A DNA stretch of 62,850 nucleotides, counting the filler, from Rhabdomonas costata (lineage: Eukaryota), in the NCBI GenBank assembly GCA_019059605.1. It is 52 parts of 52 records of this genome, joined end to end, with 100 filler letters (N's around TTAATTAATTAA, not from the genome) between each part and the next. Parts side by side here need not be neighbours in the genome. Positions count along the whole stretch, not along the records: positions 10,900 to 12,010 come from JAHMHO010028068.1; positions 12,111 to 13,221 come from JAHMHO010028069.1; positions 13,322 to 14,432 come from JAHMHO010028070.1; positions 14,533 to 15,643 come from JAHMHO010028071.1; positions 15,744 to 16,854 come from JAHMHO010028072.1; positions 16,955 to 18,065 come from JAHMHO010028073.1; positions 18,166 to 19,276 come from JAHMHO010028074.1; positions 19,377 to 20,487 come from JAHMHO010028075.1; 44 more parts are not named here. The stretch is one strand, 5' to 3'. Shown here piece by piece: positions 11,732 to 25,725 of this stretch. Both the position numbers and the translations under genes were made by a program. Every line of letters starts with the position of its first letter. Position 1 is the stretch's first letter. The notes under the pieces were generated by a model. The model saw only the letters and a list, made by a program, of their open reading frames with translations, did not search any database and was not told the origin of the DNA.

Positions 11732-14700
11732 TCAACCAGAGATAAAGCTATGAAAAATGAATGAAACCTCCACAGCAGCAGCAGAAAGGGCACCATCATC
11801 AGCATCAATGAGCAGCAGATTTCAGCCGATTATAAAGCACACTAACGACATACATGGGACATACACACACAAACTCAGTTTTTGCACTTGGTATTTCTGG
11901 TGAGACTCGCGATTCTCATTCCCACCCACGGGACGGGGCACGGGCGCATCGGCCCACACCCTCTTCTCTGTCCACTCTGAGCCACGCCCACCCACCCAAA
12001 GGCACCAACANNNNNNNNNNNNNNNNNNNNNNNNNNNNNNNNNNNNNNNNNNNNTTAATTAATTAANNNNNNNNNNNNNNNNNNNNNNNNNNNNNNNNNN
12101 NNNNNNNNNNGGTTTGTGTGGTGGTTGTTCACCAGAAGCAACTGGAGCACGCCAACATGACCCAAGCCGGAAAGCAATTTCAGGCGTCTTCTGGTGAGAA
12201 GTAGTTCGACCCCGAGTCGTTTCCGGAAGGATTCGTCACCGCACCCAGGGGCAGGGTATGGCTGCGCTGACGTCCACTCCCTTTCAAAAGGCGAATCCCG
12301 GAGATGACCTGGTCCACATGCGAGATAAAGCGGCGCCGTGCCGCTGCGTTGACCTGATGCCGCCTCTGGTGGCCCTCCATTCGCTCCACCATGTCTTTCA
12401 TCTTCGATGTGACCTGCGATCAAAATTCCGCACATTGCTTGCCAGCAGATTTCCAAAAAGTAGTTGTCCCTCATCCATCCATCCAGATCCATCTAAAAAC
12501 CGCTTCGTTTTCGATATCAATAAAAACACGCATGCCACCAGCCACATTTAAACACATTGGCATCCCGCAAGGAAAATACGCCCTCTACTAATATGCCCTG
12601 TAAATGGTACTACGAACCGATAGAAGGTTCAGTAAAAACGCCCAAGCCAAACTTCACCCTGTGCTGAATGTTACGCGCTTGCTGTAGGATGGAGGTGTTT
12701 ATCAATTGCACCTAAATCACTCCCATCAACACCGAAACTAAGACTGGGGTGAGGTTCCCCCTACATAACATCAGAAGTCCCACTCACAGGGAGGGCGTTC
12801 GAAAATCCACGCAGAGACGCACCGTACCTTTTGAAGAGTCTGGTAAAAATCTCGTGTGTATTTGTCCTGCTGCTGTTGCTTAAGCTGACTCCCCAGGAGT
12901 TCCAGTCGAAGGCATTGCTCCCGCAGCTCATGGCTAAAGCCCACCAGAACGGCAGTCTCCACCGTCGGCGGAGGCTGTGTTCCCAAACCAACCCCGATGC
13001 TCTCGGCTCTGCTGGAAATCGCATCCCACATTTCGCACCTGCTGTAGGCTTCCCTCCCTTCGTTCCCAATTACAAAATGCCAACCTTGAATGAACAAAAC
13101 CAAAGGGCTCACAAGCAGCACTACTGAAAATTCAAGATAACTGAGAGTCCTTTTCTTTCGAGCGGGATACCTTCTCGTGAGCTTCCCAACTTAAAAACCG
13201 TAAAGCGATGAACCCACAACCNNNNNNNNNNNNNNNNNNNNNNNNNNNNNNNNNNNNNNNNNNNNTTAATTAATTAANNNNNNNNNNNNNNNNNNNNNNN
13301 NNNNNNNNNNNNNNNNNNNNNGTTGTTGGGTAGTTGAAAAATCTGACCCTGCAACCACGTACAACCCACTCAGGTATTTGTTGTGGAATTGTAGGTATCT
13401 CCTCTCTCCAGTCTTTATTCGAGCAAAGGCAACGTCGGCGCCACCAACGACGCCGAGAGGCCGTTCAATTGCAGTTGCGGAGGCTCGGAGGGGCGTTGCA
13501 TACATGGCAGATGCAGGCAAGTAAAGTCGTTCTTCCTGCTCCTCCCCCAAAGGGGGATAGAGGGTTGAGGTCTCCCAGACAGAGAACAATGGAGGGGGAA
13601 AGAAGGTAGCTTTTGGGTCACGGGCGCACTTCCTCCACCACTGCACTTGTCGCCGCTGCGACGGATACACTGCCCCAGACACGACGAGATCAAGGGCCGA
13701 GTGAGCTCAGCGCCCGCGTGGCAGCCCTGGCCACGCCAGAGGGATTGCCCCTGGTGGTCCGTGGATGGGTCCGCCTGACCGTGGGGGCCTCACCTGCGCT
13801 TGTTCGTCTTCGCGGGCTTCTTGTCCACGGTCAGGCCTGGGGCAGAGAGCTTAATCCCTCCCGTGGGCACTGCAAAAGCCAAAAAGCCAATACAAGCAAT
13901 ACAAGCAAGAAGTGCAATGTAATGCGACGCGAAAACTTGCATCCTTCAACACTTCGGTGCTTTTCCATCAGGCAAAGCATGGTTCGCTTGCTGCGTGCTG
14001 CGCATGCTTTCGTTTGAAAAACAACAATGCTTCACCCCCACCAGTGCTGTTATGTATCGCCGAAGCTGAAACGAAGAACCCCCCCCCCTCCTGACAACTT
14101 CAACCGTGTGAGCGAAAGACGGTGGCTCGCAACGAATCATTGGATTGGTTCCGCCACAGAGTTGTTCTCTGTGGAAGGCTGAATGGTGTGAAGGTCAACA
14201 AGGTTTGAAACCAGTCAAGCAGTAGGGGGGAGGGAGAGAGGGAGAGTACAAGCAAGCAACAGCTCCGCCTTCTCGACGTTCCGCAGGGCATGCTTCTCAG
14301 CTTCCGAAGCATCCTTCTGGGTCAAAAAGTGCTGCGGGATAAACAACGGAGAGAATGGGAACGTGCAGTGTCCCTTACAAAAACATTCTCCGGCACACGT
14401 CATATGACCGTGCAACTTCTCGACAACAACACNNNNNNNNNNNNNNNNNNNNNNNNNNNNNNNNNNNNNNNNNNNNTTAATTAATTAANNNNNNNNNNNN
14501 NNNNNNNNNNNNNNNNNNNNNNNNNNNNNNNNGGGGTGTGGGGTACAGTCCCTTTTGCATACATAAGCGTCAATCAGTGCGAAACTTCTTTCACTGCTCG
14601 AAATTGGAAATTGCAGCTGGATTTGACAAAGGCATATTCAATGTACTGACATTGGCCCGCTCCTTTAAAGTCCTCCCCTTCCTTGGAGAGCCTCTACTGC

Positions 14701-17700
14701 CAAGTGAATCCCATAGAAAAGGGCTCTGCACTGCATTTCCACGTGCGGCAAAAAACAAAGGCGAGAAGGCATCCGGGTAATACTTGCAAGGCGTGCGTTC
14801 CCGCTGTTCAAGTTCGCTGGACTGGAAATCACAACACCCGCACAAACGCACCGGATGTCCGGGACAGTGCAGTGCGGAAACAGCAGCGCACGCTCCGAGG
14901 GGTAAGCCAGGAGCCGAGCCACCAGACCCACCCCAGAGGCATTAAAGTACTGCGCCAGCGGTGACGACAATGAAAGAAACACAGGCACAAATCTCTGCCC
15001 ACCAGCTCCAAAGGCTACCCCACAAGATGACTGGGGAAACTGCTGAACTGCAGAAAAGATGCACAAAATCGCAAAGCCAGCCATCGATGGCATCGATGGA
15101 GAGAGGGCCACCAGTGGTGGTAAAAGCGAATTTTACCCTCTCAATCGATCGTTGTGTATGGCGCTAAAAACGAGTGGGTGACAAGCCATCGGTGCAAAGC
15201 GTATCAGGATGGGGAGATGCTGACGTGTATAAACCGTCTTGTGTCAGTAGCATTGAGCAGAAGGGTTCTCGGAAGTTTGCAGTTGCTGGAACTTTTGGGA
15301 TGACTCTCGGGAAGTGTGAGGGTGAAACCGAAATGATCCAAAATGACTGAGACAGAAACCCGAGATTCTGAGTAAAGGCACTCAAATACAACATGCGCGC
15401 TGGCGCCAAACGTCCACGCAGGTCACAATGTCTCGCAGCTGTTAATTGAGCCCGAGGTGGCAGCGACGGGGAGGTTCCCCTCCAGCACTCAGCTGAAGTC
15501 CCCAACACACCTCCGACAAAGGGAGGTATGGGATAGCAAGGAAGGGCCATAGGCCATTCCTCAATCTGAAGTGTCCCTACCATCAACAAGAAACTCATCG
15601 GCAAGCAGCACCCACCCCACAAAGAAATTCTGACCTCACAAAANNNNNNNNNNNNNNNNNNNNNNNNNNNNNNNNNNNNNNNNNNNNTTAATTAATTAAN
15701 NNNNNNNNNNNNNNNNNNNNNNNNNNNNNNNNNNNNNNNNNNNTGGGGGTGTGGGCCGTCACCTCCCAGCCCATGGCGATAATAACGAGTTGTGTGTGGC
15801 GGCGGAGTGGCGGCAAATAAAATCAAAGCTTTGAGTCCTCAAAACACCTGGGACCCGCAGCGGCAGCCTCCCCTTTAGTGAGTGGCACTCTTTCTGAACC
15901 AGAAATTCTCTTGCGGCCCGCGCCCAACCCAAAATCAAAATCTTGTGTGACAAGTCAAGGGTATGCACATCACCCAACGAAAACCGAAAGGTGAAGCGTG
16001 TGATGCTTTTCGCGATAAACATCTTCTAGTGGAGTTCCTCAAGAACATATACCATGTTGCAAACCCTGTAACCACTGTAAGAAGCTCCAAAGGTCAAGCG
16101 TGAGGGGATTGCGGTCACTGAAGGCAGCACCTGAGCAGAAACCAACACGGGATTTCGCCGAATTCGGTATTCCCTGTCCGCTTTTGGTCCAAGGTGAGCA
16201 CGCCGGTGCATCTACTTTGCAGGTTGGTTTGGAAGAAAAATGCGCACCAGCATAGAAACTATGTCAGACTCCAAGTTCCCCCAGATCTTGGCCAAACCTT
16301 CGCTGTAAAGCAGCAGAACAAATCACAACGCAACCGACACAATTTTGCTCCAAACGCAGTGCTTCCTTGAGCGCGGCATAACAAACAAAACAACGGGAGA
16401 AAGCAGAAAGAAAGTGACAGAGCGCGAAAGTCAGGAAGCAGGGGAAAACCCACTCTCTCCGAGGGTGTCCTTTCCAACAGAGGTGTGTTTGCACCAGCAT
16501 TCTTCAGCTTCAAAAAACAGTAGGCCTGGCCCCTCGGGTCACAACAGCAGCAGCGATGCGTCCTTCCCCTCGCATCTAATGCCGCTAAGCAGGTGTGAAG
16601 CAGCAGCTCTCAGATAACTGCCATTCACATTATTATGGAAAGGCGGGGAGGGTGGGGTGGAGCAGGGGGAGCCAAATGCCTCTTCGTATGTGTAGCGGGT
16701 GAGAGAAGAGCCTCACTGGGCTAAAGCGGCAAACGGAACAAACCAATGCAAAAAGGAGAGCGGAGGAAAAGCCCAGAAAAAAACCAAGGAAAGTACCAAT
16801 CATTACCCTGGGACGCTGTGAGCGGCTACAACCACCACCACACACACCCAACACNNNNNNNNNNNNNNNNNNNNNNNNNNNNNNNNNNNNNNNNNNNNTT
16901 AATTAATTAANNNNNNNNNNNNNNNNNNNNNNNNNNNNNNNNNNNNNNNNNNNNTTTTTGTTGTCAACGAAACAAAGCAAGGGCTGCCCGGGTGACTTTT
17001 GCGCATGTGCGGATCGTCGAGTCCACGAGTCCACGAAGGTGCTGCAGAGCTGGAAAGGACACCGCCAACTCAGGACCTGTACGGATTGCTTGTTCTAAAC
17101 CGTCCACAAAGCACGCTTTTGTCCTTGCAGTTGGAGTTGGGTACAAAAGGACAACGGCTGGAGCCCACCATGACGAGTTTCACGAAGCGCCGACACGCAC
17201 AAGGTGCACAACCAAAATTTCACAAATTTACAAGAAATTCCACAGAAACACGGTCCCTTCTGCTTCGCAACCTTTTTGTCACCTGCCTCTCCTCATTCCC
17301 TCGACCCTAACTTGGGTCTCGGCTGGGGTGTCCCCACCAGGAGGGGGAAGCAGCTGGCTCTGGTCACCCTCGGCGTCGAACCCAGAATTATTTAGAAAGC
17401 TGGGTGTCAGCGGCTCCGCCTCGACCACGGGCCGCATTTCATGGCTTGGGGGAATGACAACCAGGTCCACCGGCTCTGGCTCTGCCCGAAGGTCTAGCGC
17501 AGCGTTCTGGTTGTCTGTGGAGGAAGTTAGCCCCAGAAGCAGCGTCGAGCACCTGAGACACAGTCACAGCCAACATGTTTGGAAGGATAAAAACACCTCG
17601 CGCCAAAAGCAGCCAATGCAGTCTCTCTCGTCTCTAGTTAACAGGCTTGTCCATTGCCCCCATTGCTCAATCAAAAGCAGATCCGACCAGAGCTTGACGG

Positions 17701-19442
17701 ATTCCCTCCACTAGTCTTGCTGGCGGTTAGACGGCGATGCCCTTCATGACGCGGTTGCCACCCGCCTCTCAAAGCAAAGCGTCTAGAGGTGGAATACCAA
17801 TCGAATGGGCCCGGGTGCACATTTTCTGATTTTCGCGAAACTCTACCCCTCGTCAAGGTGAGCAAGTCTCGGCTTTGTAAGCTTATATCTGTCGACAATA
17901 AACACCGACCCATCACCAATAGAGGAGGTTCAACATCATTTCGCCATCCTCACCAGGAAATGTTCAGAAATGCCGTTGAAAATTCATCGTTCAGAATGGG
18001 CAACAACCAGCGCTTTAAGGTACCACTGAGGGCGGGTGCATCATCGCATACTCCCCCACACACCCNNNNNNNNNNNNNNNNNNNNNNNNNNNNNNNNNNN
18101 NNNNNNNNNTTAATTAATTAANNNNNNNNNNNNNNNNNNNNNNNNNNNNNNNNNNNNNNNNNNNNGTTTGTGTGGAGGGCCAGGAGACCACACCCGGAGG
18201 GGTTCATGGGCATGGGCTCCCGCCAGGCACCACCGCTGAAATGTTGCCAGGGCTAAGCGGTAGGCCGGCTTGGGTGGAGGGAGCAATGCTGCGGAATACG
18301 AAGTAGTGATGCAGAGCAGGTGGAGGAGGTCCGGAACCAACGAGGGCGACGGCAGAGCTGAGGAGGTTGGGTGAGGGGAACGAAGAAGGCTGGGAGGAAG
18401 GAGGTGCAGGAAGAGGAGTTTTGAGGTGCATGCTGAAGCGCACCCAGCCTCCCCGCCACACCAACGTTCATCAGCATTCCGCTATAAGCAATTTCGTGGA
18501 AGCCACTGGCAAATGGCAGTTCTCCTCGACCAAAAGACAGCCTCGCACCTCCGGTTTTCTGCCGCACGGGCTAAGTTCTTTTTCGTTTTGTCGAAGTCTT
18601 CATATTAAATGCTCCCCACTCATCAACCCAGCCACTTACTCTGCCTTCAGGACACCAACCCAAGCCGACATGCAAAGGAAGTAAGCAAAGCAGAACGCCC
18701 TACAGAGGAAGAGTGCCACTGGGCTCCCCGTTGGACCTGGAGCTGAAATGGCGGGCGCCCGTAACTTCACTATATGCAAGGTGTACTCCACAAACACGAA
18801 CGTCTCACAGTTATAAGTGCTGCCGGCTGTACCAAATCCTCGGCGCTGGTCCTGGGTACTCCTCTGACATCAGCGCCCCAAGTCCTTCCCTTTCGGGTTC
18901 CTGGCGCTCGACGCACGTTATTACTCTTGATTGGCTTACTGCGTCCGTCCGATAAGCGAGGACGGCCTTCACACACACTGCTCAAAGCCCATTGATATGA
19001 GCAGCAGCTCCGCACCTCTAAAATGCTAAAATGCCGTCCTTTGTCTGCATGGTGCAGTCAGTTGTCCCAAAACCGGGCAGTTGGAAGGTCACGCAAAGAG
19101 AAAAGCCACACACCCACACACACATACACACAGGATTTCACGCCTTTTTTTCGGAAAAAATTTCAAAAATTTCACACCCACAGAGATGGCCACCAAAGGG
19201 CAACCCTCCGCCGCTGCAGCTCCCGCTAAAAGAGGGAGTGCGACAAGAAAGAGTAGGAGAATAAATAAGAACAAAANNNNNNNNNNNNNNNNNNNNNNNN
19301 NNNNNNNNNNNNNNNNNNNNTTAATTAATTAANNNNNNNNNNNNNNNNNNNNNNNNNNNNNNNNNNNNNNNNNNNNGTTGTTTTTTTAGAGTTGAACGGT
19401 GGAATTCCCCCCCCCTCTGCCATTTGATTCTTCTCTTCAAAG

Positions 19443-20405
19443 ATACATTGGATTGCGGGCTTGAGGTGGGTGCGGTGAGGAGCCACCGTTACTGCCACCC
19501 ATGCCTGCGGGGGTACATCCGGGAGTGGCTCATCTCGCAGCCCAAGGAGCACCTGGCGTGCCCCGCCGTGGCCGTCCATAAGTGCCCCTACAAGCTGACT
19601 GGCGCCGATGTTCGCACGGCGCTCTCGAAGGGCTGGTGCGGTGCCCGAAATGACCTGGAGACCATTCTCAAGAAGTTTGAAGGTCGGAGACCTTCTGTGT
19701 GGGAATGTGTGTGTTTGTCACAAAGGGTTTGCACATCATCGGGGCGCCGTTGGAAAACGGCTGCTGTGTGTTCCATGCGTCCTATTTACAATGTCATTAA
19801 GCTGGAACGGGTGCAGTGCAGTAAACCCCTCTCCTCATCACACCCGTGTATGGCGATCGCTACGCAACTGTGAAGGCGATCGATATCTAGGGTCGCTTCA
19901 ACTTCGCTCCTGGAAATCCTCTTGAAATATCTTCTTCTGGAGTCCCACGCGTATCACCCTCTAACTCGATACAAAGTGAGTAGGGACTGCCATGCACAAA
20001 GTGATGGCGCTCAACAAAAAAAAAAACGGGGGTGGGTCAGGGGACAAAAGTGTCTGAGACCAACGACTTTTGGGTTGGGTCGTGCCCCTGCCCTTGTTTA
20101 AAGTATTGGCGAATGGAGACGCCTTAACCTGTTTTCGGAAAGAACTTGGTGTGCCCCCCCGGACCATATGCTGTGTTTTTTCCATCTGCTGGAACGTTCT
20201 GGGTGCAACCTGCACAGAGCTCGAGTTGGGCATCACCCTGGCGAAGATGGGGCTGTTTGCGTGCCCCACGGCGGACTGTCCATTTCGAGTGGAACTGCCC
20301 CCGGGCCATGCTGCAAGGCCGGTGCTCTGCAGGGTCTGCGGGGTGCACTGGTGCAGCAGCTGCCGCAGGCCCTACCACATCAAAACCTCTTGTGATGAGG
20401 AATGA
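19443..20405 (+). CDS. RBR-family (RING1-IBR) E3 ubiquitin ligase fragment; exons 19443-19682 and 20218 to about 20399/20405
   Basis: C...HRYCHPCLRGYI...CP...C (RING1), in-frame GT-AG join FE|ELE, then CPTADC...CRVC...CSSCRRPYH...C (IBR). Confidence 0.85.
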
Positions 20406-21798
20406 GCGTTTTGCTTTTTTCTTTGATTTTTGGTAGCCCCCATCGCGTGGTCGGGCAAAGCACAAAAATCAAAGAAAAAACACAAAANNNNNNNNNNNNN
20501 NNNNNNNNNNNNNNNNNNNNNNNNNNNNNNNTTAATTAATTAANNNNNNNNNNNNNNNNNNNNNNNNNNNNNNNNNNNNNNNNNNNNTTTTGTTTTTCGT
20601 CGGCGAGCGTTTGGCTGCCGAAGCGCTGATTCCAACCCCTCGCGTGGACTGTTTTTACATTTATTGGACTAGAGTTTCGACTGTGTATGTACAGATCCGT
20701 TCAGAGTTCAGATGAAGTCCCTTCCTTGTTTCTCCGGTGATGATCCGAGATGAAAGGGTTTTCCTTGATTCGGGGTACAGCGTTGTAATAAGTGACAGAC
20801 TCCGCACGGACGTTAGATACTACTTTGTGTACCTGCGTCCGCTCAAGGATAACAAGGTTGAAACTATTTGGAGTCCAATATCGCATGTGAAGGGCTTTTT
20901 CTGATTACCATATCCCAACATTATCAAAGGACGAGCACGTCAATATCAAGTTATGCCCTCTCTGCGTCCTTCGAGTTGACAATTGGGATGTGCTCCAGTC
21001 CCTTCCCAGTCTCGAGACAGCATTTTTGGGACCGATGTGAATTATCAAAGTGCCTCGAAAGGTAACATTATCAATTGTTTGGCGTTGACGTTGCCAACAG
21101 TATTTTGACGGGAAAATAAGCTTACCTCATCCATTTTCCCAGTCTCTGTACCTTTAACAATTCCGCGGTGCATGGTTCGTATGCCATCAGAATACACTGG
21201 TCCTGCATTTTTAGCATTTGTCTCTTCCTTCCCCCAGCGTGTGCCTGCAAGCACAGGGCGTCCCCAAGTACTGCCTTCATTCTGGGACAACTATGATTGG
21301 GAAGGGAATTCCGGACTTGCCGATTGAGTGGGAGAGCGCTTGTCACGGGGCGGAGGCCGGGGCAGACCTTTGACGGAGGAACGGACAGCTGATGCAACGA
21401 AGTTGGTGATATACTGGGCCAGTGCCCGTTGAATGAATTTTCTAGAGTTCAAGGAGGTTAGGGAATATGGGACCGTTGAGCGCCGTTAATACCCCCCCTT
21501 CTCCTCCTCCTATCCATCGCACCCTTCATTTGGTTTTTGTGTTGTGTGGCAGTTTGCCCAGCCCGTTTGCCTTGCTCGGCTTCCGTCCTTATTTCTCAGT
21601 CTTGCATTGTTTGGGCCCCTTTAGTGTGTGTGTGTGTGTGTGCTGTGCCCTGTCATGTGGTTTTGCATCTACATGTTTGAGTGATGAACCCCCACAACNN
21701 NNNNNNNNNNNNNNNNNNNNNNNNNNNNNNNNNNNNNNNNNNTTAATTAATTAANNNNNNNNNNNNNNNNNNNNNNNNNNNNNNNNNNNNNNNNNNNN

Positions 21799-22910
21799 AG
21801 CAAGCAGTATATGAAGGGCTGACGTGACTGTTTAGCACACCCGTCTGAGCGGAGGACGCACATGACGGAATTGACAATCATGCAGTTTTTGCTCACAAAA
21901 ATCCCGTCAAGTAGCTAAAGACCAGCAATGCCTTTGCGAACGAAAAAGCCGCTTTCGTGTATAGCAGTGCGCGGAGAGCAATTTTCAACCGCTGTGCGGT
22001 TGGTGGTGAAAAAATTCACTGGGTAGGTACGGATCTTTCTGTGTTCGATTGTCACACCGATCCTACGGCAAAAACAGGTGTGATGACACTTCAATAGACT
22101 ACACATTCCAAAATGACCACTCGGAGACCCAAAACCACAAAGACACAATACAAATCCGCAGAATGCTCCAGACGCTTACTAATCTCTACGGCAACGCAGG
22201 GCCAGGAACATAATCCGTCGCGCACCACTCCCCCACAAGGAGCAAACCGCGCCATCATGGCATGCGCAAGGCTTTCAAAAAGAAGCCTGCGCACTCACTC
22301 TACATCAGTTGGTGCCCACAGTAGTGAAACGACATAATGAAGTGAAACCACAAATGGTAAGAACATAGCACCACGCAGCATGACACACGTTGAAATGGCA
22401 CCTGTTAGCATCCTATCCACCACAAACGTCACACACGCACACCGCGGAACGCTTTTCTGCCTCCTCCGCCTCTGTCGTATAGAGGGTGTAGTTTCACCTG
22501 GTCTGCATTTTCCATTTTTGGTTTTTCCGCTCCACATCCGACTTACTTGTGTGCAATCCACAAAATTTCGTGGTACCGGCGGTATTATTTCAACAAAAGC
22601 CTTCAAAAATGACTGACTGTGCCTTCTAGTGAAGTCCTTTCTTCCTAATAGGTAGGTGCCGGGCACGTTGATTTGACTGGAATCCTAATTGGAGAGATAC
22701 ACAAGGAGAGGAAGAAGACATTGTACTTCAGTTTCTGGTGGCGATAAACAAAAGACCCGCTATAAAAGGCACAACTGCACAACAGCAAGCAGTATATGAA
22801 GGGCTGACGTGACTGTTTAGCACACCCGTCTGAGCGGAGGACGCACATGACGGAATTGACAATCATGCAGTTTTTGCTCACAAAAATCCCGTCAAGTAGC
22901 TAAAGACCAG
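21799..22910. repeat. Contig with an exact 127-bp terminal direct repeat (21799-21925 = 22784-22910): 985-bp circular or tandemly repeated unit
   Basis: First and last 127 nt are identical (AGCAAGCAGTATATG...TAAAGACCAG). Confidence 0.92.
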
Positions 22911-24221
22911 NNNNNNNNNNNNNNNNNNNNNNNNNNNNNNNNNNNNNNNNNNNNTTAATTAATTAANNNNNNNNNNNNNNNNNNNNNNNNNNNNNNNNNN
23001 NNNNNNNNNNGGGGTGGGGGTACAAAATATATCTCTGGGGTCAAACCGCGAGCTACGAACGGGTGAACGGAGGGTCAAGGATGGGAGTGGGAGGTAGGGG
23101 TGGTGGTGGAAACCTGCAATGGACGAAGACTCCACTGACACCTTGGGGGGAACATCACCCTGGGTCAGCGCAAAGGAAGAGGCAAAAATTTAAGATCCAG
23201 AAGCAAGGGTCACCCAAAAGTGTGCACCAACAGTACCAGAAGATCACAATAACTCCTTTTCATGAATAAGCAAGTCATGCTTTCCAGGACCAGGAACTTC
23301 ACTGCAGCGGTTTCTAAAACGCACCCATGACAATGTGCACAGGTCTGTAGTGAACTCAGCTCAACCATAGCGCGGAGCGTGTAGCGGCGGTGGAAGTCCA
23401 AACCTTCGCAGCGGCATCAGGCTCCGCGCTACGAGGCGGGACACTCATCAGAGACACAAGATTGAGCAAAGGAAGCTCACATAAACAAAACGAAGACTGC
23501 TGCTGAAGAATTCAGCTCAGCTCATTTCGAGAGTATGGAAAAGCGAAAAGCTTTTGAATTTGGAGCTGACTAAGTGGTTAAAAGGTGGTTAAAAGAACAG
23601 TCAGATGCCAGAGCCGTCCCATATAACAACCCAAGGGGGACAACAACACCGAACACCAGATAAAAACACCGTGAGACACGGGTCTGCCGCACGTGCCCGT
23701 CCAGTGGGAAGGCTGTCGGCCCGTTCAGCCGCAGCCGTGGATATGTTTCAGCTTGTCAAGTACATGATACTCGCTTGCTGCAAGTAACGTCGCAGGTTGC
23801 ACGTTGCACGTTTAGGTTTCTAACACTCGCAAGACTGCAAAGGGGGTCAAAAATCCACCCATTTTTGAAGTGGCATATGAATGAAGACAATTTTCTGGAC
23901 AGCAACATTGATACGGTAAAAAAAAACCCGCGCGTTGGCAGCGAAACGGACCGATATGCTGGGCGGGAACGAATCCAGTAACCGGAATACGTCCCCCCTA
24001 TCTTCAACTGATTCCAAGGGAAACAAACCATCCCAGACGGTCTGTCACGCCCCAAGCAAAAAAACAAGTGAAATCCAACCCTTTTTCCATCAGCCACAAT
24101 TTTTGCGGGGCAGTAACAACANNNNNNNNNNNNNNNNNNNNNNNNNNNNNNNNNNNNNNNNNNNNTTAATTAATTAANNNNNNNNNNNNNNNNNNNNNNN
24201 NNNNNNNNNNNNNNNNNNNNN

Positions 24222-24468
24222 GGCCTCCCCGACGGCGGGAACTTGCACGACGGGCAACTGCCCCAGGGTGGCCACCACGTCGTCGTCGTCTGTGAGCAGC
24301 TCGCTTTTCTCCCCGGCCTCCCCGACGGCGGGAACTTGCACGACGGGCTGCTGCCCCAGGGCGGCGCCGACCACCACAGCGACCTCGTTCCCCAGCACCT
24401 CGGGCAGCGCTCCTAGCTACTACTCCACCCCGGCGTCTCTCTCGGCCAGCAACAACGTGTCTTTCTAG
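24222..24468 (+). CDS. Terminal exon of a Ser/Thr-rich protein with an internal duplication
   Basis: ASPTAGTCTTG(N/C)CPR occurs twice (24222-24268 and about 24315-24361); GC3-rich; ends in TAG. Confidence 0.55.
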
Positions 24469-25725
24469 GCGGCGTCCCCTCGCGCGGCCCGGTAAAGCAA
24501 AGCAGAGGGAGTGAGAGGAGGGAGAGTTGCACGGGAAAAAAGAAGAGGAATAAATCTCCTTGGCTGAGCAACGCAATCTCGGCCTATATATCTGCACCAC
24601 CGCCCCTCGACATTTCCTTTCCGCTATCTGTGTGGTCTCTGGTTCCCAACTTCGAACGGGCCTCTCGTTCTCTTTGACGCAGGCTGCTCAGCTCGCCCAG
24701 AGATTTGAGACTGGCCACCCTCTTTCCCCACCCCCTTCTTCGTTCTTCGGGTGACAATGGAGGAGAGGGACGTTATAGCGAGGAGCTTTGTGTTTGTGGT
24801 GATGTGCCGTCCTTTTGCGAGTTTGCGAACTGGACGGGGTGAGGTGTGAGAGTTGAGGTCGGGAGTAAGGGTTTTAGCGTGGCGTTTTCGTATTCCCGAA
24901 TCCTCCATTTGGGGAGCCTCCGGGAACAATCGGCACCTCTTCCTCCAGTCAGTTCCTTTGGCGTCTGGCAGGAGGAGGTCAGGGAATCGCAGGGTGTCGT
25001 GCGATGCTCGTCGCGTCACCTTGAATTTCGCACGGACGGAAGTGGGCGGGCGGTGTTGGGGTGCTGATCTCTGAGGGTGTGTTGTAGTTTTTCTGTATTC
25101 TGGATGTACGGCTCACCTGGGCACCTTGAGCGGAAGGCTTTCCCGGAACCCTTCTTCCCCAAGCTTGAGACTGTGGTAGCCGTTGGTTTTGTGTTTGTTT
25201 TTCTCTTCGTAAAGCATTACTCTTTGAAGTCACCTGAGGCAAAGCAGAACGTGCGAAAGCTGTCTGTGCGATGGTTAAATCGATGGCAGACGAGGGATTG
25301 CGGCCGTTTCTTCGCGTCCGCTGTTTTTTTTTNNNNNNNNNNNNNNNNNNNNNNNNNNNNNNNNNNNNNNNNNNNNTTAATTAATTAANNNNNNNNNNNN
25401 NNNNNNNNNNNNNNNNNNNNNNNNNNNNNNNNTGTTGGGTTTGAGGCATCACACACGCATCCTGTGTCGCCACCGTGCTTTGGGAACATAATTTTTCAGA
25501 GGAGGTCTCTTTCGCTGCTGAAGGGTAAGCAGTTGAGCTGCAACCACCACTAAATGACAAAACACTGCTGAAGAGGATGAGGAGCCAGGGCTCTCAGATT
25601 GTTGCTATAGTGTGCCAATCTGCCTGGGCATTAGTGAAAGCCAAAACCCATGCTGCATCATTGCTTGCTAGCGCTAGAACAACTTCCACCGTTCGCAAGG
25701 TTGCACCACAATTACGCCCGCATGC

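Noticed and set aside
21995..22010. GCGGTTGGTGGT as the kinetoplast minicircle universal sequence (GGGGTTGGTGTA)
   Set aside because: 3 of 12 mismatches, no convincing CSB-1/CSB-2, and the intron-rich genome is unlike kinetoplastids.
22720..22745. CAGTTTCTG as a kinetoplastid/diplonemid spliced leader
   Set aside because: Only 9 nt match; the rest of the leader and the donor context are absent.
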